Part shown: positions 28,073 through 38,826 of the stretch, one piece after another | Layout of the letters: each line of letters begins with the position of its first letter | Numbering within the stretch: the stretch's first letter is position 1 | Source: an uncultured virus (IMG/VR IMGVR_UViG_3300005469_000597) | Lineage: Duplodnaviria; Heunggongvirae; Uroviricota; Caudoviricetes | Virus record (IMG/VR): IMGVR_UViG_3300005469_000597 | Reading direction: 5' to 3' (one strand) | Length of the DNA: 64,000 nucleotides | Made by a program: the position numbers and the translations under genes | Notes under the pieces: generated by a model | Told to the model about the DNA's origin: nothing | The model's database searches: none | Seen by the model: the letters and a program-made list of their open reading frames with translations, nothing else

Positions 28073-28642
28073 TTATCTACATGAGGGATTTTTGATTTTT
28101 AATTCTAAGTTGGAAATATTTATGGCATCTATGGGCTCACTCAGAGCATCCCCGGTGCCAGTGTGAGCACCATAGCGGCCATAAGAGTAGTTCTCAGAGT
28201 ATTCGTGCGGTATGAGGTCGTTATAGCCGAAATCAATGCGGCCATCGGCCAGCAGTTCCGCTTTCAGCCTCTCGTAGATTGGCCGGAGAATGTTCTGGAA
28301 TGAGATTGCAAGGCGTTCCTCATTGCTCAATTCTTTGTTTGAGGAGCAGGCGATCAGAATTTGGACGGTCGCTTTTGAGAAATACTCAGGGACATTACGC
28401 TGTTCCTTAAACGGGCAGAATAATGCGATGAGGGGGAATTTCATGTCATTGGTCGTAACAGCTTTGCTCATGGCATCCAACTGGTCTTTCACATATTGGG
28501 CGTTGCCGAATATGTAATTGATTTGCGGGCACGCAATAGCCTCAGAGATACCATCGCGGTGCGTTACCACGATGTTGCACCCATCGGCAGTAGCCTTGAC
28601 CACATCGCCTATAATTTCGATTATCTCACGGCTTTTCTTCAT
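28073..28642 (-). CDS. Probable tail-completion protein
   Basis: Between head-tail adaptor and tail tube; FPLIAL motif. Confidence 0.5.
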   Translation of the reverse strand: MKKSREIIEIIGDVVKATADGCNIVVTHRDGISEAIACPQINYIFGNAQYVKDQLDAMSKAVTTNDMKFPLIALFCPFKEQRNVPEYFSKATVQILIACSSNKELSNEERLAISFQNILRPIYERLKAELLADGRIDFGYNDLIPHEYSENYSYGRYGAHTGTGDALSEPIDAINISNLELKIKNPSCR

Positions 28643-29148
28643 AGGTTGAGCGGATTGATTTTGGTAAGGAAGTCAGTCTCCTTACCAAGCCAGGAACTAT
28701 ATCCTTCGGCTCTCGCCCACACATGAAAATCGCGTATCAGATCCACCATCTCATTCCACGCGCTCACCTGACGCCGCAGAGGTGCCACATATTCATTGGC
28801 ACATTTGAGCCGTACAAGCCCCGTTACAGTAGGCTGTGTGTTGGCATCACGCAGTATCTTGAAGAACACGAAGTTTGCGAACGGCTCACGGAGCTGCTCA
28901 ATCACCATGTCTGCATCAGCCTCAGGCTCCGTTTCGGGGTCTTTGTCTATCAGCTTGAGGTAATTGTCCACAACTCCGGCATACGCTACCGTAAGCACCC
29001 CGTTGAGGAACCGTCTCTGCCAGTGGCGTATGTACGCCTTGATTGTGGCATTGACCGCTTCGGCATCGGCATTCGGCAGTTTGCCGAGAGATGCGTTCTG
29101 AATGTGGCGCGGGCCTTCGGTGAAATATGATACGTCGATTAACATCAC
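28639..29148 (-). CDS. Probable head-tail adaptor
   Basis: Follows the capsid genes; helical, 169 aa. Confidence 0.5.
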   Translation of the reverse strand: MMLIDVSYFTEGPRHIQNASLGKLPNADAEAVNATIKAYIRHWQRRFLNGVLTVAYAGVVDNYLKLIDKDPETEPEADADMVIEQLREPFANFVFFKILRDANTQPTVTGLVRLKCANEYVAPLRRQVSAWNEMVDLIRDFHVWARAEGYSSWLGKETDFLTKINPLNL

Positions 29149-29678
29149 TCTGATTTTTTGGAACGTGTTTTCTTGGGTGCCGGAGCGGGCTCGGCTTTCG
29201 CCTCCTCTTCGGGAGCGTCCTTGACGTCATCAAGGTTGACTTCCTTCATGTCGGTTCCGGCATCCACGGTCTTGTTATCTTCCACGGCTTCGGGTTCGTT
29301 GGGAACGGTTTCGGGTACGTTTGAGCCAGCGTTTTCAACGTTTGGGCTATCGTTGGGAACGGTTTCGGCCACTTTGGGAACGGTTATGAACTTGGCAAGC
29401 TGAGCCGAAAGGTCATCAGGAATGACAATACCATTCTCTACGACTATATCGGCTACGGCCTCTGCCAAGTTGGCAAGCACCAACTGATCTGCGGCCATTT
29501 CCACGCACTCATTAGTCTTGGCTTCCAGCTCTGCCCGAAGTGTGGCGATGCTGTCGGCATCAAGAGCCGAGTCCGGCTGACAGGGCGTGAACGAAATCAC
29601 GCCTCTGTCAACACGGATACGGTTTTCCTGAAGGACTTTCGCCACTTCTTTGGGGTCGCCTTTCAGAATGTAGTCCAT
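29145..29678 (-). CDS. Hypothetical protein with acidic low-complexity tail
   Basis: 177 aa; ETVPN repeated. Confidence 0.65.
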   Translation of the reverse strand: MDYILKGDPKEVAKVLQENRIRVDRGVISFTPCQPDSALDADSIATLRAELEAKTNECVEMAADQLVLANLAEAVADIVVENGIVIPDDLSAQLAKFITVPKVAETVPNDSPNVENAGSNVPETVPNEPEAVEDNKTVDAGTDMKEVNLDDVKDAPEEEAKAEPAPAPKKTRSKKSE

Positions 29679-29681
29679 GAC

Positions 29682-31259
29682 TTACGCTTTCTTGATGGCG
29701 GTTTTGAGGGCGCTGATGCTACCGTAGGAGAATGCCCACGGGCAGAACACCGGAACAATCTCTTCGGCCTGGGCGAGCAGAACTATCTGGTTCTTGAGCT
29801 TGGTGTTCACGTCGTCGGCCCACTCGGCGGTAAGCGGAGTGTAGTCGATGATCTGAGCGCCGCGCTGCATGTCGCCGAGGAAGTATTTGCCCACCGGCAT
29901 ACCGCTGTAAGGAACGACGCGGAGACCGCCGATGACGGGGTTGCCGTTGATGTCCTTGGCAACTTCGAGGCGATTGCCGTCGGTGGCCTTCTCGCAACGG
30001 ATGGCGTTGATGGTGATCGGGTTCAGCACGAGCACGGTGGGAACGAACTGAGCGTAGGTCATTACAGAGATGGCAGTTTCCAGAGCGTCGATGCTATTGG
30101 GTGATTCGATGCTCTGATATGCGCCGTTGGTGAACGTCAGCTTCAGGGCGGCCACATCAGCGGCCAGCAGAGCGTCGGTGTTGGCCGCTGCGAGGGTGGC
30201 CCCTTCGAGGAAGATGCGGCGGTCGTTGACCTTGATGACATCGTAAGTCTTGTTGAGGTCGGTGTTGGTGACGGCGGCGGCGCCGGTCACTTTCAGACCC
30301 TCGATAAGCAGGTCGTTGGGTTCCTTCAGTTCTACGATGAGGCCGTTGTCTACCTCTTCGATAGACAGTACGCCGCCGGCGGCCACGGTAAAGATTGCAT
30401 CGGAGATAATCTTCTCGATAGGCAGAACGCCATCGTACTTGGTAATACCCAAAAGGTTGTCGCCGGAGCCGTCACCGAAAAGAATCTGGAAGTCCTCGGC
30501 ATCGCGGACACCGGAGAGCAGACAGTTCATGACGAAACCACGGAGGTAAGTCTTGCACTTGAGCGCACGCTTCGACAGTTTGAAATGATGACCGACACGG
30601 GAAACCTGGGCGGTGGCCTCCTTTACTTTCAGGCTGGATTCCGGGAGCATACCGTTCTCCGAAACGTAGCGGGCGTTGCGGTCCACATGGTGAATCTGCT
30701 GGAACGCGAAGATGGGGAACTCCGGATCGCCGGGCAGGACGGTAGCGAAGTCGCGGACGTGGAGTTTTTTGTCGGTGGCCTGAGTCACGATGCGGTCGCT
30801 CTGCTGCGTCATGGTGAGAGTGCCGCCTGGAACTACATTGCCGGTGAGAGAGATGTCCTTGAACTGGAATGAGCCGGAGGATTTCTCGCGGTCGTTGATG
30901 AAGTCCTGCATCTTCGGGGAGTTATACATCTCCTCGAAAGCCTCGTTGAACTTGCTGACGAAATCGAGGCCGATGCCACGCTTCTTCATCTTTTCCAGAG
31001 CGTCAGACAGGCTCTTGACCTGAGTGACGAGTTCCTGGTTCTCTTTGGCGAGAGATGTAAGGGTTACACCGTCCTCGGCAACGAAAGGCTTGAGAGCCTC
31101 TTTGAGGGCGGCGGTGTCGACAACGTTGTCAACAGACTTGTTGATAGCATCGGTGAAAGCACCGAGGAGCGTGTTGACGAACTGCTTCTGTTCGTCGGGG
31201 AGACCGGCGGTCTTTACGCCTACAATCTCCTGAACTTCTTTGACTGTTAATTTTGCCAT
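29682..31259 (-). CDS. Major capsid protein (HK97 fold, N-terminal delta-like coiled coil, central insertion)
   Basis: VSENGMLPES, EDFQILFGDGSG, LVLNP, IGGLRVV; follows portal and protease. Confidence 0.88.
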   Translation of the reverse strand: MAKLTVKEVQEIVGVKTAGLPDEQKQFVNTLLGAFTDAINKSVDNVVDTAALKEALKPFVAEDGVTLTSLAKENQELVTQVKSLSDALEKMKKRGIGLDFVSKFNEAFEEMYNSPKMQDFINDREKSSGSFQFKDISLTGNVVPGGTLTMTQQSDRIVTQATDKKLHVRDFATVLPGDPEFPIFAFQQIHHVDRNARYVSENGMLPESSLKVKEATAQVSRVGHHFKLSKRALKCKTYLRGFVMNCLLSGVRDAEDFQILFGDGSGDNLLGITKYDGVLPIEKIISDAIFTVAAGGVLSIEEVDNGLIVELKEPNDLLIEGLKVTGAAAVTNTDLNKTYDVIKVNDRRIFLEGATLAAANTDALLAADVAALKLTFTNGAYQSIESPNSIDALETAISVMTYAQFVPTVLVLNPITINAIRCEKATDGNRLEVAKDINGNPVIGGLRVVPYSGMPVGKYFLGDMQRGAQIIDYTPLTAEWADDVNTKLKNQIVLLAQAEEIVPVFCPWAFSYGSISALKTAIKKA

Positions 31260-31284
31260 AATGCACTATGAATTTGAATGGTTG

Positions 31285-32394
31285 TTATTTCTTCGTGGCA
31301 GCTGACAGTGATGCCCAGAACGAGGCAGAGGGTATCGGCTCTTCAGCGGACTTCTTTTTGGTATCGTCCTTCTTTCCGGGCTTCTTCTCTTCATCCTCAG
31401 GCTTAGCACCTTCGGTCGGCTTTTCGGTTGATGGTTTCGTGCCTTCCTCGTCCTCCGGCTTCTTTTCCTTGGTCTCGGTAGGATCGGCAGGGATAAGTAG
31501 GCTGTTGGAACGATAGACACGGCTCCAGCAATAAGGACAGCGGACGTATGCAAAGGCCTCCACGATGCTCTTTGTGGAGATTTCTTTCTTTGCCGCCGAA
31601 AGGCCGTCAATGATTGCTGAAACTTCGTTTTGGATTTCGGGGCGGTAGCGTTCTATCTGTCGGCGTGCCTCATTGCGTCCAATGGACATTACGAGTTCTC
31701 CGGCCGCTTCCTGAACTTCTTGCGAGAACGTATGCTCCGGCTCGTTGTCATAGTCGAACTGATGACCGCAACACGGACAGGTAACTATCATGCCGCCACC
31801 CAGGGATTTGAGTAACAGATTCAGTTCCATATCGTAGTTTTTAAGTCGCTCGTCTGAATATCCGCGCTGCTTGAAAGCCATGCGGAGCAGTTCGACGGCA
31901 TCCCGAATCTGGTCCTCGGATGCGCTCTTCAATCCAACGAGGAACGTCTGAGGATTGGCGCCCCAGCCCGTCAGCGTGGAATATTCGAGCATCTTCCATC
32001 TTACGACCTTGCGGCGGTCCTCCTCATCACGGGCAAGAGCCTTGACACCGATAGAGTGTTCAAGTGTGCGGCCTGCCTCATGGAAGAGCTTGTAGTCCTC
32101 AAAGACATCGCGGCATATCTGCTTGTTGAGGTTCATCTGCCCGGTCATAATGAGGTTTCCGTCCTTCTCTTCACCTGACAGAGGTACGCCAAGCAGCTGG
32201 CGCGTGTCGTGGTTGAGGTACCATCGCATTTTGCTTATGTCATCGCGGAGGGTGTCCACGAATGACCCCGGCATCGAGATGTCGTGCTGTGCGTCCTCGA
32301 TGCCTATACCGTTCACCGCTACGGTGACGATACCCTTCTCAGTGACATCCAGTGCTTTTGTTTCGTACTGGAGATTAATCATCTGTTCTTTCAT
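31285..32394 (-). CDS. HK97-family prohead protease with a Cys-containing C-terminal extension
   Basis: LNHD, HSIG, LEYSTL..WGAN; CPCC and CPYC; ATG 32394 preferred. Confidence 0.85.
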   Translation of the reverse strand: MKEQMINLQYETKALDVTEKGIVTVAVNGIGIEDAQHDISMPGSFVDTLRDDISKMRWYLNHDTRQLLGVPLSGEEKDGNLIMTGQMNLNKQICRDVFEDYKLFHEAGRTLEHSIGVKALARDEEDRRKVVRWKMLEYSTLTGWGANPQTFLVGLKSASEDQIRDAVELLRMAFKQRGYSDERLKNYDMELNLLLKSLGGGMIVTCPCCGHQFDYDNEPEHTFSQEVQEAAGELVMSIGRNEARRQIERYRPEIQNEVSAIIDGLSAAKKEISTKSIVEAFAYVRCPYCWSRVYRSNSLLIPADPTETKEKKPEDEEGTKPSTEKPTEGAKPEDEEKKPGKKDDTKKKSAEEPIPSASFWASLSAATKK

Positions 32395-33934
32395 TTCTTT
32401 CTCCTTTCGAGGGTTTGGGTTTATTATTGAATTGATTGTCGTCGTTATCCTGATTATCTCCGGGCTTACCGCCGGCGCCGGGCTGCCCCGTGTTAATCTG
32501 TATGGGAGAGGTCTGAGCCTTGATGACGCTGTCAACAATGGCTATCTCTTCTGGTGTCATCTCAAACTTGACCTTATCGAATATTTCACCTTCAAGAGCA
32601 TCCTCGTGGATTTGAGAACGCCAGTCATTGATGGATATGAGGCCGTTGTTGAACTGATTGAGGCATCGCTCATTGACGAGCTTCTTGACTTCCTCCTGTT
32701 CCTTGAGGCCGATTTGCAGACAGGCTACATCGGAGAAATCACAATCGAGATACAGCCCCTTCTGGTCAAGGCCGAGGAACGTTGTCAGAGCCTCGCAGAA
32801 GCGTTTGGCCGCCGGTATGATTACCGAGGTATAGACGCTCTTCTCGGCGGTGTCCTGGTTGCTGAACGTGGATTGGTCTTTACGCGGCACCAATACTGCC
32901 GGAATGCCAAAGACAGAAGCAATCTTGATAGCGTCCTCCAATGTCTCGTCAAAGGGCTGGAGTTCGGTAATGGAGAGGTTGGTTCTTACGAAGTTGATAG
33001 GAATATCCGTTACTCCGTATGGAGATTTACCCTCTCCGACACCATAGTTGGCATTGATGGTATCTCTCAGTTCTTTCTTCTCGCCAGGTTCAAGTGCCAC
33101 GGTGCCCGTCGGGTCCTCCTTCTGAGCCACGATGAAACCAAGTGCGCCACGCTTCAGATAAATCACATTACGCGCCTCATAGACTGCGAGGAGGTTTGCA
33201 ATCGGCTTCTTCACGGCCAGGAGTCGGCTCTGTGCCTTCATGTAGCCTACGCCCCGGATGAGTTCTGGAATGCCGTCTCGGTCATGCCATATCTGATAAT
33301 ATGGGATAGTGTAGCCTGAATATTCGCCGAGGTCGAGAGTATAGCCCTTGATAAGTTCGTCTATCTTGGCGATACCGAACATAGGCACGCCATAACTGTA
33401 CTCCATCGGCTCAACCTTGACGAGGTGGGCCGGCAGACTCCAGTAGTTGGAACACCATTGGAACTTGACGGCATCGGCCGTGATAGTCTCGCCCATAGCA
33501 GCTCTGAAAAAGGCGTTTCCGGTGGCGAGCTTATACACGAAATGCTGATACACAATCTCGCGCCATGTCATTATTGGGTTGGGCTGTTTGAGAATAGCAT
33601 CGGCTCCGAGACGATTACACCATACTATGCTGTCATCTTTAGTTCTCTTCAAGTCAAAATGAGCCTCAGATATACGCTTGGCAATGAAATCTATCGGCCA
33701 GAACACCTCAGGGATTGTCTTGAACATCTCTATGAAGTTGTTGCCGACAACCGAGGGCTGTATGAGTGCGTCGAGTTTAGCAAGAATCTGATGATACCTC
33801 CATGCGTCTGTGACATTAATGTCCGAGTTAGCCTGACTGACAGCCTGGGGAGTTTCCTCACGAGGAGTTTCCTCCCGGACTGTCAGAGCCTCGGTCTTTT
33901 CCTTGGTGCCAAATATGCCTTGTAGGAATTTCAT
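32375..33934 (-). CDS. Portal protein
   Basis: KQPNP, TGNAF, IASVFGIP, STFSN. Confidence 0.9.
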   Translation of the reverse strand: MKFLQGIFGTKEKTEALTVREETPREETPQAVSQANSDINVTDAWRYHQILAKLDALIQPSVVGNNFIEMFKTIPEVFWPIDFIAKRISEAHFDLKRTKDDSIVWCNRLGADAILKQPNPIMTWREIVYQHFVYKLATGNAFFRAAMGETITADAVKFQWCSNYWSLPAHLVKVEPMEYSYGVPMFGIAKIDELIKGYTLDLGEYSGYTIPYYQIWHDRDGIPELIRGVGYMKAQSRLLAVKKPIANLLAVYEARNVIYLKRGALGFIVAQKEDPTGTVALEPGEKKELRDTINANYGVGEGKSPYGVTDIPINFVRTNLSITELQPFDETLEDAIKIASVFGIPAVLVPRKDQSTFSNQDTAEKSVYTSVIIPAAKRFCEALTTFLGLDQKGLYLDCDFSDVACLQIGLKEQEEVKKLVNERCLNQFNNGLISINDWRSQIHEDALEGEIFDKVKFEMTPEEIAIVDSVIKAQTSPIQINTGQPGAGGKPGDNQDNDDNQFNNKPKPSKGERNERTDD

Positions 33935-34026
33935 GCGGTTTCTTTTGGCGCAAAGAAAAGGAGTAATAAGACAAGTTGAGCCAAACGCCGAAAAAACTGA
34001 AATTTGCGACCTGCCGAAAATCAGCC

Positions 34027-36081
34027 TTAATCCTTTGTATCTTCGGAAGTTACAGCCTTATTGTCCGAAAAGCTGAACTTTACTACGAACTGAATGAAGC
34101 CACTCAGAACCGCACTTGCCTCCTTGCAATCACTGTCTTTGTTGTAGTCAAGAAGATTGGCCATGAACGTGGAATACACAACATCGTCATTCAGCCTCTC
34201 CTCATTGAACAGGAGATGGTTCTTCACGAAATCGGATGTGGCGGCTATGCGTCGGTCTATGTCCGGCACCTCTTGCATCGCTCTCACTCCTGGCAGCTCT
34301 TTGCGCAGATCCTTGACAAATCGGTAATAGGCCGGGGCGCACTCTATGATTGTCTGGGGGCTGGCGGTGTCTATCAGGATTTGCTTTATCTCGTCTGTCG
34401 ATGCTGTCTCAGTCAGCTGCACATCGAGAATGTGCCATTTATTCCCGCACAGCTTGCCATGCACCATGGCAAACTTTCCGTTGACATTTGGCATCGCGTA
34501 GGCAATCTCCCGGCTATATACGCACTTAGTGTCGGGATTGAAGAAATGAATGGCACCTCCTTTGGCATAGAGGTTGCGCTTACGGCGGTTTGAGAACAGA
34601 AGAAACTCTTCACGGAGCATATCAACAACAACATAGCGGAACGTATCGGAGATATGGCCGTGTTCCTCGTATGTCTGCATGGTGATTTTGTTCTTGACCT
34701 TGGTTTTAAGTATGCCTCCGTTCACATCTTTCTGGACGCTCATGTAGTCCTCAATCGAGACCTTGCACTCCTCGTCAATGGTAATCTCCAGTCCGGGGAA
34801 TATCTTGTCGAATATGGCATTGATAAACTCGCCGGACATCGGCACACTCGGATTCTTGTTGCTGACCTTATCCTCTACCTCTATACCCTCCTTCTGCAAA
34901 GTATCAATGAACAAGTCGTGGAATGAACGCTTCTCATCATCAATGTTGTTGGCGGCTCTCGTTGAGGCATCGCCGTGGAGTATGACCTTATCGACACCCA
35001 TCTCATGCAGACGCTTGGCAACGAGCTTGGCCGCTTTCCTGACGGTATTGTTCGGACTGTCGGCGCACGTCTCGCCAATCTGTCTGATATGTTTCCTGCC
35101 ACCCTCTAACGCAATCTGCCAATAGGTACATGAGATATAAGGCAGCACGTTGGAGTCGACGCTGATATGAACCGGCAATGTCGGGTCATACTCGCATACT
35201 CCCGTATGCACACCACGATTGAATGATGAGAAGAACTCGGAGCCGGTGCGGATAACGCCCCATTCTCCGAGAGCATAAACGTTGTAATAGTCGGGGTCAT
35301 TGAGGCGGTCTCGCTCAAAGTCGGCCACGCACTGCTCGTCATAGAATCCGTATGTGCCATCTGGAGACCCGACAACCCAAAAGTTATTGAGGTAGGTTGT
35401 CTGAATGACAACAGTGTCCGAAGGGTGTTCCTCTATCTCTTTGGTGCGAGGGTTGAGGATTGATTTCGGCTCGTTCATCCGTATTGATTTCACGTCGGTG
35501 AGTTGTGGTGGCAACACTCGCCCTGCTATCTCTACTATTTTGGGAATGTCGTGCCACTTCTCTTTGTCGAATACTTGGGTCTTAATCCAATGCGTTTCCT
35601 TGATAGGGTTGAATGTGGTTATAATCTGCTGGCCCACCATACCGCGCAGACGCTTACGAATCTGCTTGTAGTCCTCCTCTTCAAATTCGCTCTCCTCGTC
35701 AAGAACAACACGCTTGAAACTTGACAGACCTTTTATCTTCTCCGAATCATCAAGACCCTTGAACACAATACGCGCCCCGTTGCTGAGGCACGTTATTGTC
35801 TTAACTCCATCGGAAAACCTGAATAAATTCGTAATTCCAAGTTGATCTGCGGCTGTCTTGAAGTCCTGGTATATGGAGTCTCGGATTGAGGCTCCAACCT
35901 TACGCATGACGAGCGTGTTGCTTCCTTCCCATAGTGTGAATATGAGAATAATCTGCGCCACGCTATAAGACTTGCCGGACGATGACCCTCCGAACAAGAT
36001 GATAAAGCGGATGGTCAGGTCTTGCAGGAATCTCAACAGATAGAATCCAACCGGATTGAGCTTCTTGAAATTTATTTCCAT
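34027..36081 (-). CDS. terL: Terminase large subunit (PBSX-like)
   Basis: GGSSSGKS, FKGLDD.EKIK, VVLDEE, TFNP, YALGEWG, HISDTFRY. Confidence 0.93.
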   Translation of the reverse strand: MEINFKKLNPVGFYLLRFLQDLTIRFIILFGGSSSGKSYSVAQIILIFTLWEGSNTLVMRKVGASIRDSIYQDFKTAADQLGITNLFRFSDGVKTITCLSNGARIVFKGLDDSEKIKGLSSFKRVVLDEESEFEEEDYKQIRKRLRGMVGQQIITTFNPIKETHWIKTQVFDKEKWHDIPKIVEIAGRVLPPQLTDVKSIRMNEPKSILNPRTKEIEEHPSDTVVIQTTYLNNFWVVGSPDGTYGFYDEQCVADFERDRLNDPDYYNVYALGEWGVIRTGSEFFSSFNRGVHTGVCEYDPTLPVHISVDSNVLPYISCTYWQIALEGGRKHIRQIGETCADSPNNTVRKAAKLVAKRLHEMGVDKVILHGDASTRAANNIDDEKRSFHDLFIDTLQKEGIEVEDKVSNKNPSVPMSGEFINAIFDKIFPGLEITIDEECKVSIEDYMSVQKDVNGGILKTKVKNKITMQTYEEHGHISDTFRYVVVDMLREEFLLFSNRRKRNLYAKGGAIHFFNPDTKCVYSREIAYAMPNVNGKFAMVHGKLCGNKWHILDVQLTETASTDEIKQILIDTASPQTIIECAPAYYRFVKDLRKELPGVRAMQEVPDIDRRIAATSDFVKNHLLFNEERLNDDVVYSTFMANLLDYNKDSDCKEASAVLSGFIQFVVKFSFSDNKAVTSEDTKD

Positions 36082-36204
36082 TGAATTTGACAGTTTGTAA
36101 GGAGATTTGGCGGTGTCGCTTACACGGTTTTGTATTTCCTCGGAGATTTTTCTAACCTCACCGACAAAGTGAAATGAATTATCCCAACCTTACTTTCACT
36201 TTGA

Positions 36205-36756
36205 TTACTCTTCATCATCGTCAAAACCGATGCGGAGCTCTCCGGCAACATTGCTCTGTGAGGTTACTTTGATGTCCTTGGCGGCGGCAAATCCCAGTAC
36301 GTCGATAAGGCGTTTCTTGGCGGCATCCTTGTCTACCTCCGGGACTATGTTCTTGCCGACTCTCACGAACTTCAACAGCTTGCGTGTCTTCTTGGGTATC
36401 TCATGCAGGTAGCGCATACGCCAGCGGCCCGTCTTGCTGTCGATAGTCCACAAGTCAAGAGGGTCTAAGTCAAGGATGCTCACATCGTCGCTGATGATGC
36501 GCTCCCGGCTTATTGACGCGAGGCGCGCCTGCTCTTCTCGAAGCTGCTCTACTCTTGCTGTTATCTTGCTATTAGCCATAAGTCTTGACGCATTGGCATA
36601 ATGCGTGTTCGCCTGAGCGTCATTCTTACAGTTGTAAGCCTTGCGATAAGCGGCCACAAGTATGCCTTTGGTGTCGGTGCCATACGCATCGACTACATAC
36701 TGACAGAACAGTTCCTGCTGAGGAGTCAGACCATGTTTATTCTTTGCTCTTGCCAT
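36205..36756 (-). CDS. terS: Terminase small subunit
   Basis: LTPQQELFCQY, AYRKAY, ASRL; directly upstream of terL. Confidence 0.85.
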   Translation of the reverse strand: MARAKNKHGLTPQQELFCQYVVDAYGTDTKGILVAAYRKAYNCKNDAQANTHYANASRLMANSKITARVEQLREEQARLASISRERIISDDVSILDLDPLDLWTIDSKTGRWRMRYLHEIPKKTRKLLKFVRVGKNIVPEVDKDAAKKRLIDVLGFAAAKDIKVTSQSNVAGELRIGFDDDEE

Positions 36757-36993
36757 AGATGATAATGATGTTATGCTGTTGTTGTCACTGATGATGTTGT
36801 CGTAATAATAGTTTCAGATGATAGACAGATGCCGTTGAGGTATTAGACATCATTTGGATTTCTCCCGCTCCCTTAAAAATTTTGGCAAATGCGTAAAATT
36901 CTACCCGCTTTGCCGCTTTTTATGGCGGTATAAGCCGTTTTCGCGCTCAGATGAGGTGGGGATTGTCTCAAATTCATCGCCGGGAGAATGGAT

Positions 36994-37551
36994 TTATCGG
37001 TTACTGATGCCTATGAGGTTGAGAACCATGTCGCGGTCTCCGAGCTGCGCGTTGGTCGCTATCATCGTAGCGCCGGTGGTGATGATGTCATCATAGACTA
37101 TCACCCGCCGCTCGGCGATGGGCCGCAACAGCATAAAGTCAGGGTGCAGACGGTCATGGTTGATACACTGCAAGGCATCATCGTAGAACGGAAGTCCGAG
37201 AGTGTCCGATATTATGCGGCATACCTCGGTAGCGAAATGGAAGCCATCGGCGTGCCTACGCCTCGGAGTGGTGATGATGCACCAGTCTTCCGTATTGCCG
37301 ACGAATGAGGTTAAGAATTTGCACGCAACCTCGGCGAACATCGCGGCATGACCGGCCGAGGATTTAATCTCCCGGAATGTCAGCCCCTCCTTGCTCCTCT
37401 TGAACTGAGAGATGTAGTAGAGCGAGCCGATGCGGTGCAACGCTTCTCTTGGAGTGAGGTCGCAACGAGGGACGTTGTCGCTTAGGAGTTTCGGCCCCTT
37501 GGCGACAGCGTCCCAGTCATCCATGCGTATAATCTTACTTCTCCGTCTCAT
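36994..37551 (-). CDS. Phosphoribosyltransferase-fold protein
   Basis: PRPP-binding loop VIVYDDIITTGATM. Confidence 0.75.
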   Translation of the reverse strand: MRRRSKIIRMDDWDAVAKGPKLLSDNVPRCDLTPREALHRIGSLYYISQFKRSKEGLTFREIKSSAGHAAMFAEVACKFLTSFVGNTEDWCIITTPRRRHADGFHFATEVCRIISDTLGLPFYDDALQCINHDRLHPDFMLLRPIAERRVIVYDDIITTGATMIATNAQLGDRDMVLNLIGISNR

Positions 37552-38308
37552 GTTCCAGACAGCGCCGGATGCCTTCGGCTACCGACACATATTGCAAAGG
37601 TACAGTAGGAATACTCTCATCGACCGTTTGCGCCTTACGGTCAAAATCGCGTTTGTGCCTATCAATCACGATTTCAAGAGGTTTGTATTTCTCCACCTCT
37701 AACGCGAAATCATAGACGGAGGTCTCTTCGGGATTGGCCACGTTCAACAGCTTCTCTCCGCTTCCGTAGGCATAGATGAAGCCCTCGACGGCATCGGAGA
37801 TGAATGTGAAGTGGCGCACGTTGCGTCCGGCATTTACGAGCTTGACAGGATTGTCGTTGAGAATATGCCAAAGAAGAGTACCCTGACGTGGGTCAGGCCC
37901 GTAGATGTTGTGGAGGCGCACGCCGGTGGCTCCGGGATGGTAGCAGGCGGCATACTGTTCGTCGAACCGCTTGCTGATGCCGTAGAGTGATGTGGTATTG
38001 CATCCGTTCGCCGTGGAGGAGGACGCATACACCAGACGCACGTTATAACGGCGGCAGGCATCGCACACTACCATGAACGCATTGATGTTGTCAGCCATGA
38101 CGGCCTCATTGTCGGTATTGAACACTGAGGTCTGGGCGGCCAGATGATACACACAGTCGATGTCCGAGAGGTCGGCAGTCCTGAAGAAGTCAGCAACTTC
38201 AATTCCGGCGCGGCGGTCGATGACGGCCACTTCCACGCCTCGCTTTTTAAGAGCAGCGGTGAGAGCCTTGCCGATAAAGCCCTCACCGCCGGTTACAATC
38301 ATTTTCAT
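37535..38308 (-). CDS. NAD-dependent epimerase/dehydratase
   Basis: VTGGEGFIG, HLAA, YASSS, YGISK, NIYGP. Confidence 0.88.
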   Translation of the reverse strand: MKMIVTGGEGFIGKALTAALKKRGVEVAVIDRRAGIEVADFFRTADLSDIDCVYHLAAQTSVFNTDNEAVMADNINAFMVVCDACRRYNVRLVYASSSTANGCNTTSLYGISKRFDEQYAACYHPGATGVRLHNIYGPDPRQGTLLWHILNDNPVKLVNAGRNVRHFTFISDAVEGFIYAYGSGEKLLNVANPEETSVYDFALEVEKYKPLEIVIDRHKRDFDRKAQTVDESIPTVPLQYVSVAEGIRRCLEHETEK

Positions 38309-38311
38309 GTC

Positions 38312-38632
38312 TTATTGGTTGATTGGTTCAAGTTCGTCCATATCATATTCATAGATGATGCGCTTTTTGTAAATTCTCGCGGCTTCTTTTTCGAGTTGAC
38401 ACCCCAAAGAATGACGGTAATCCATACTGAGGCAGATAGCATCGCAGTCAAGCAATGCCTCTATATCACGCCCCATGTAGAATGAGTATGGCATATCCGG
38501 CTCCGGGCAGACCTCAAACGGCGTGATTGCATGATGACCTTTGCTCTCGATTAAACGTTTGAGCCGTTCAGCCTGCGCCTTGGCCACTTCAGGCGGACGC
38601 CCGGTTATCGGGATTGATATGTAGATTTTCAT
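38312..38632 (-). CDS. DUF4406 / nucleoside deoxyribosyltransferase-like protein
   Basis: KIYISIPITG, LLDCDAI, SLGCQLE. Confidence 0.8.
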   Translation of the reverse strand: MKIYISIPITGRPPEVAKAQAERLKRLIESKGHHAITPFEVCPEPDMPYSFYMGRDIEALLDCDAICLSMDYRHSLGCQLEKEAARIYKKRIIYEYDMDELEPINQ

Positions 38633-38656
38633 GACTTATATGTGAAAAATTTGTTG

Positions 38657-38826
38657 TATCTTTGTAATTGACTCGGAGATGTGGGACCGGAACGAGCCGC
38701 CGCCCACCTTGTGAGGAATCTGCCTTTGGCATACTTCGTGGCCGGGAGAAATTCCCGTGTAGGAAACCGAGAGAGCTTGGTAAGTTCGTGAGTCCAGCGT
38801 TTAGCCGTCCTTTCGGGCGGCTTTTT
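38657..38826 (+). ncRNA. Predicted structured ~160-nt ncRNA with its own promoter and terminator
   Basis: TATCTTTG (38657-38664); closing stem GACTC/GAGTC; four internal hairpins; terminator AGCCGTCC-TTTC-GGGCGGCT-TTTT. Confidence 0.55.
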
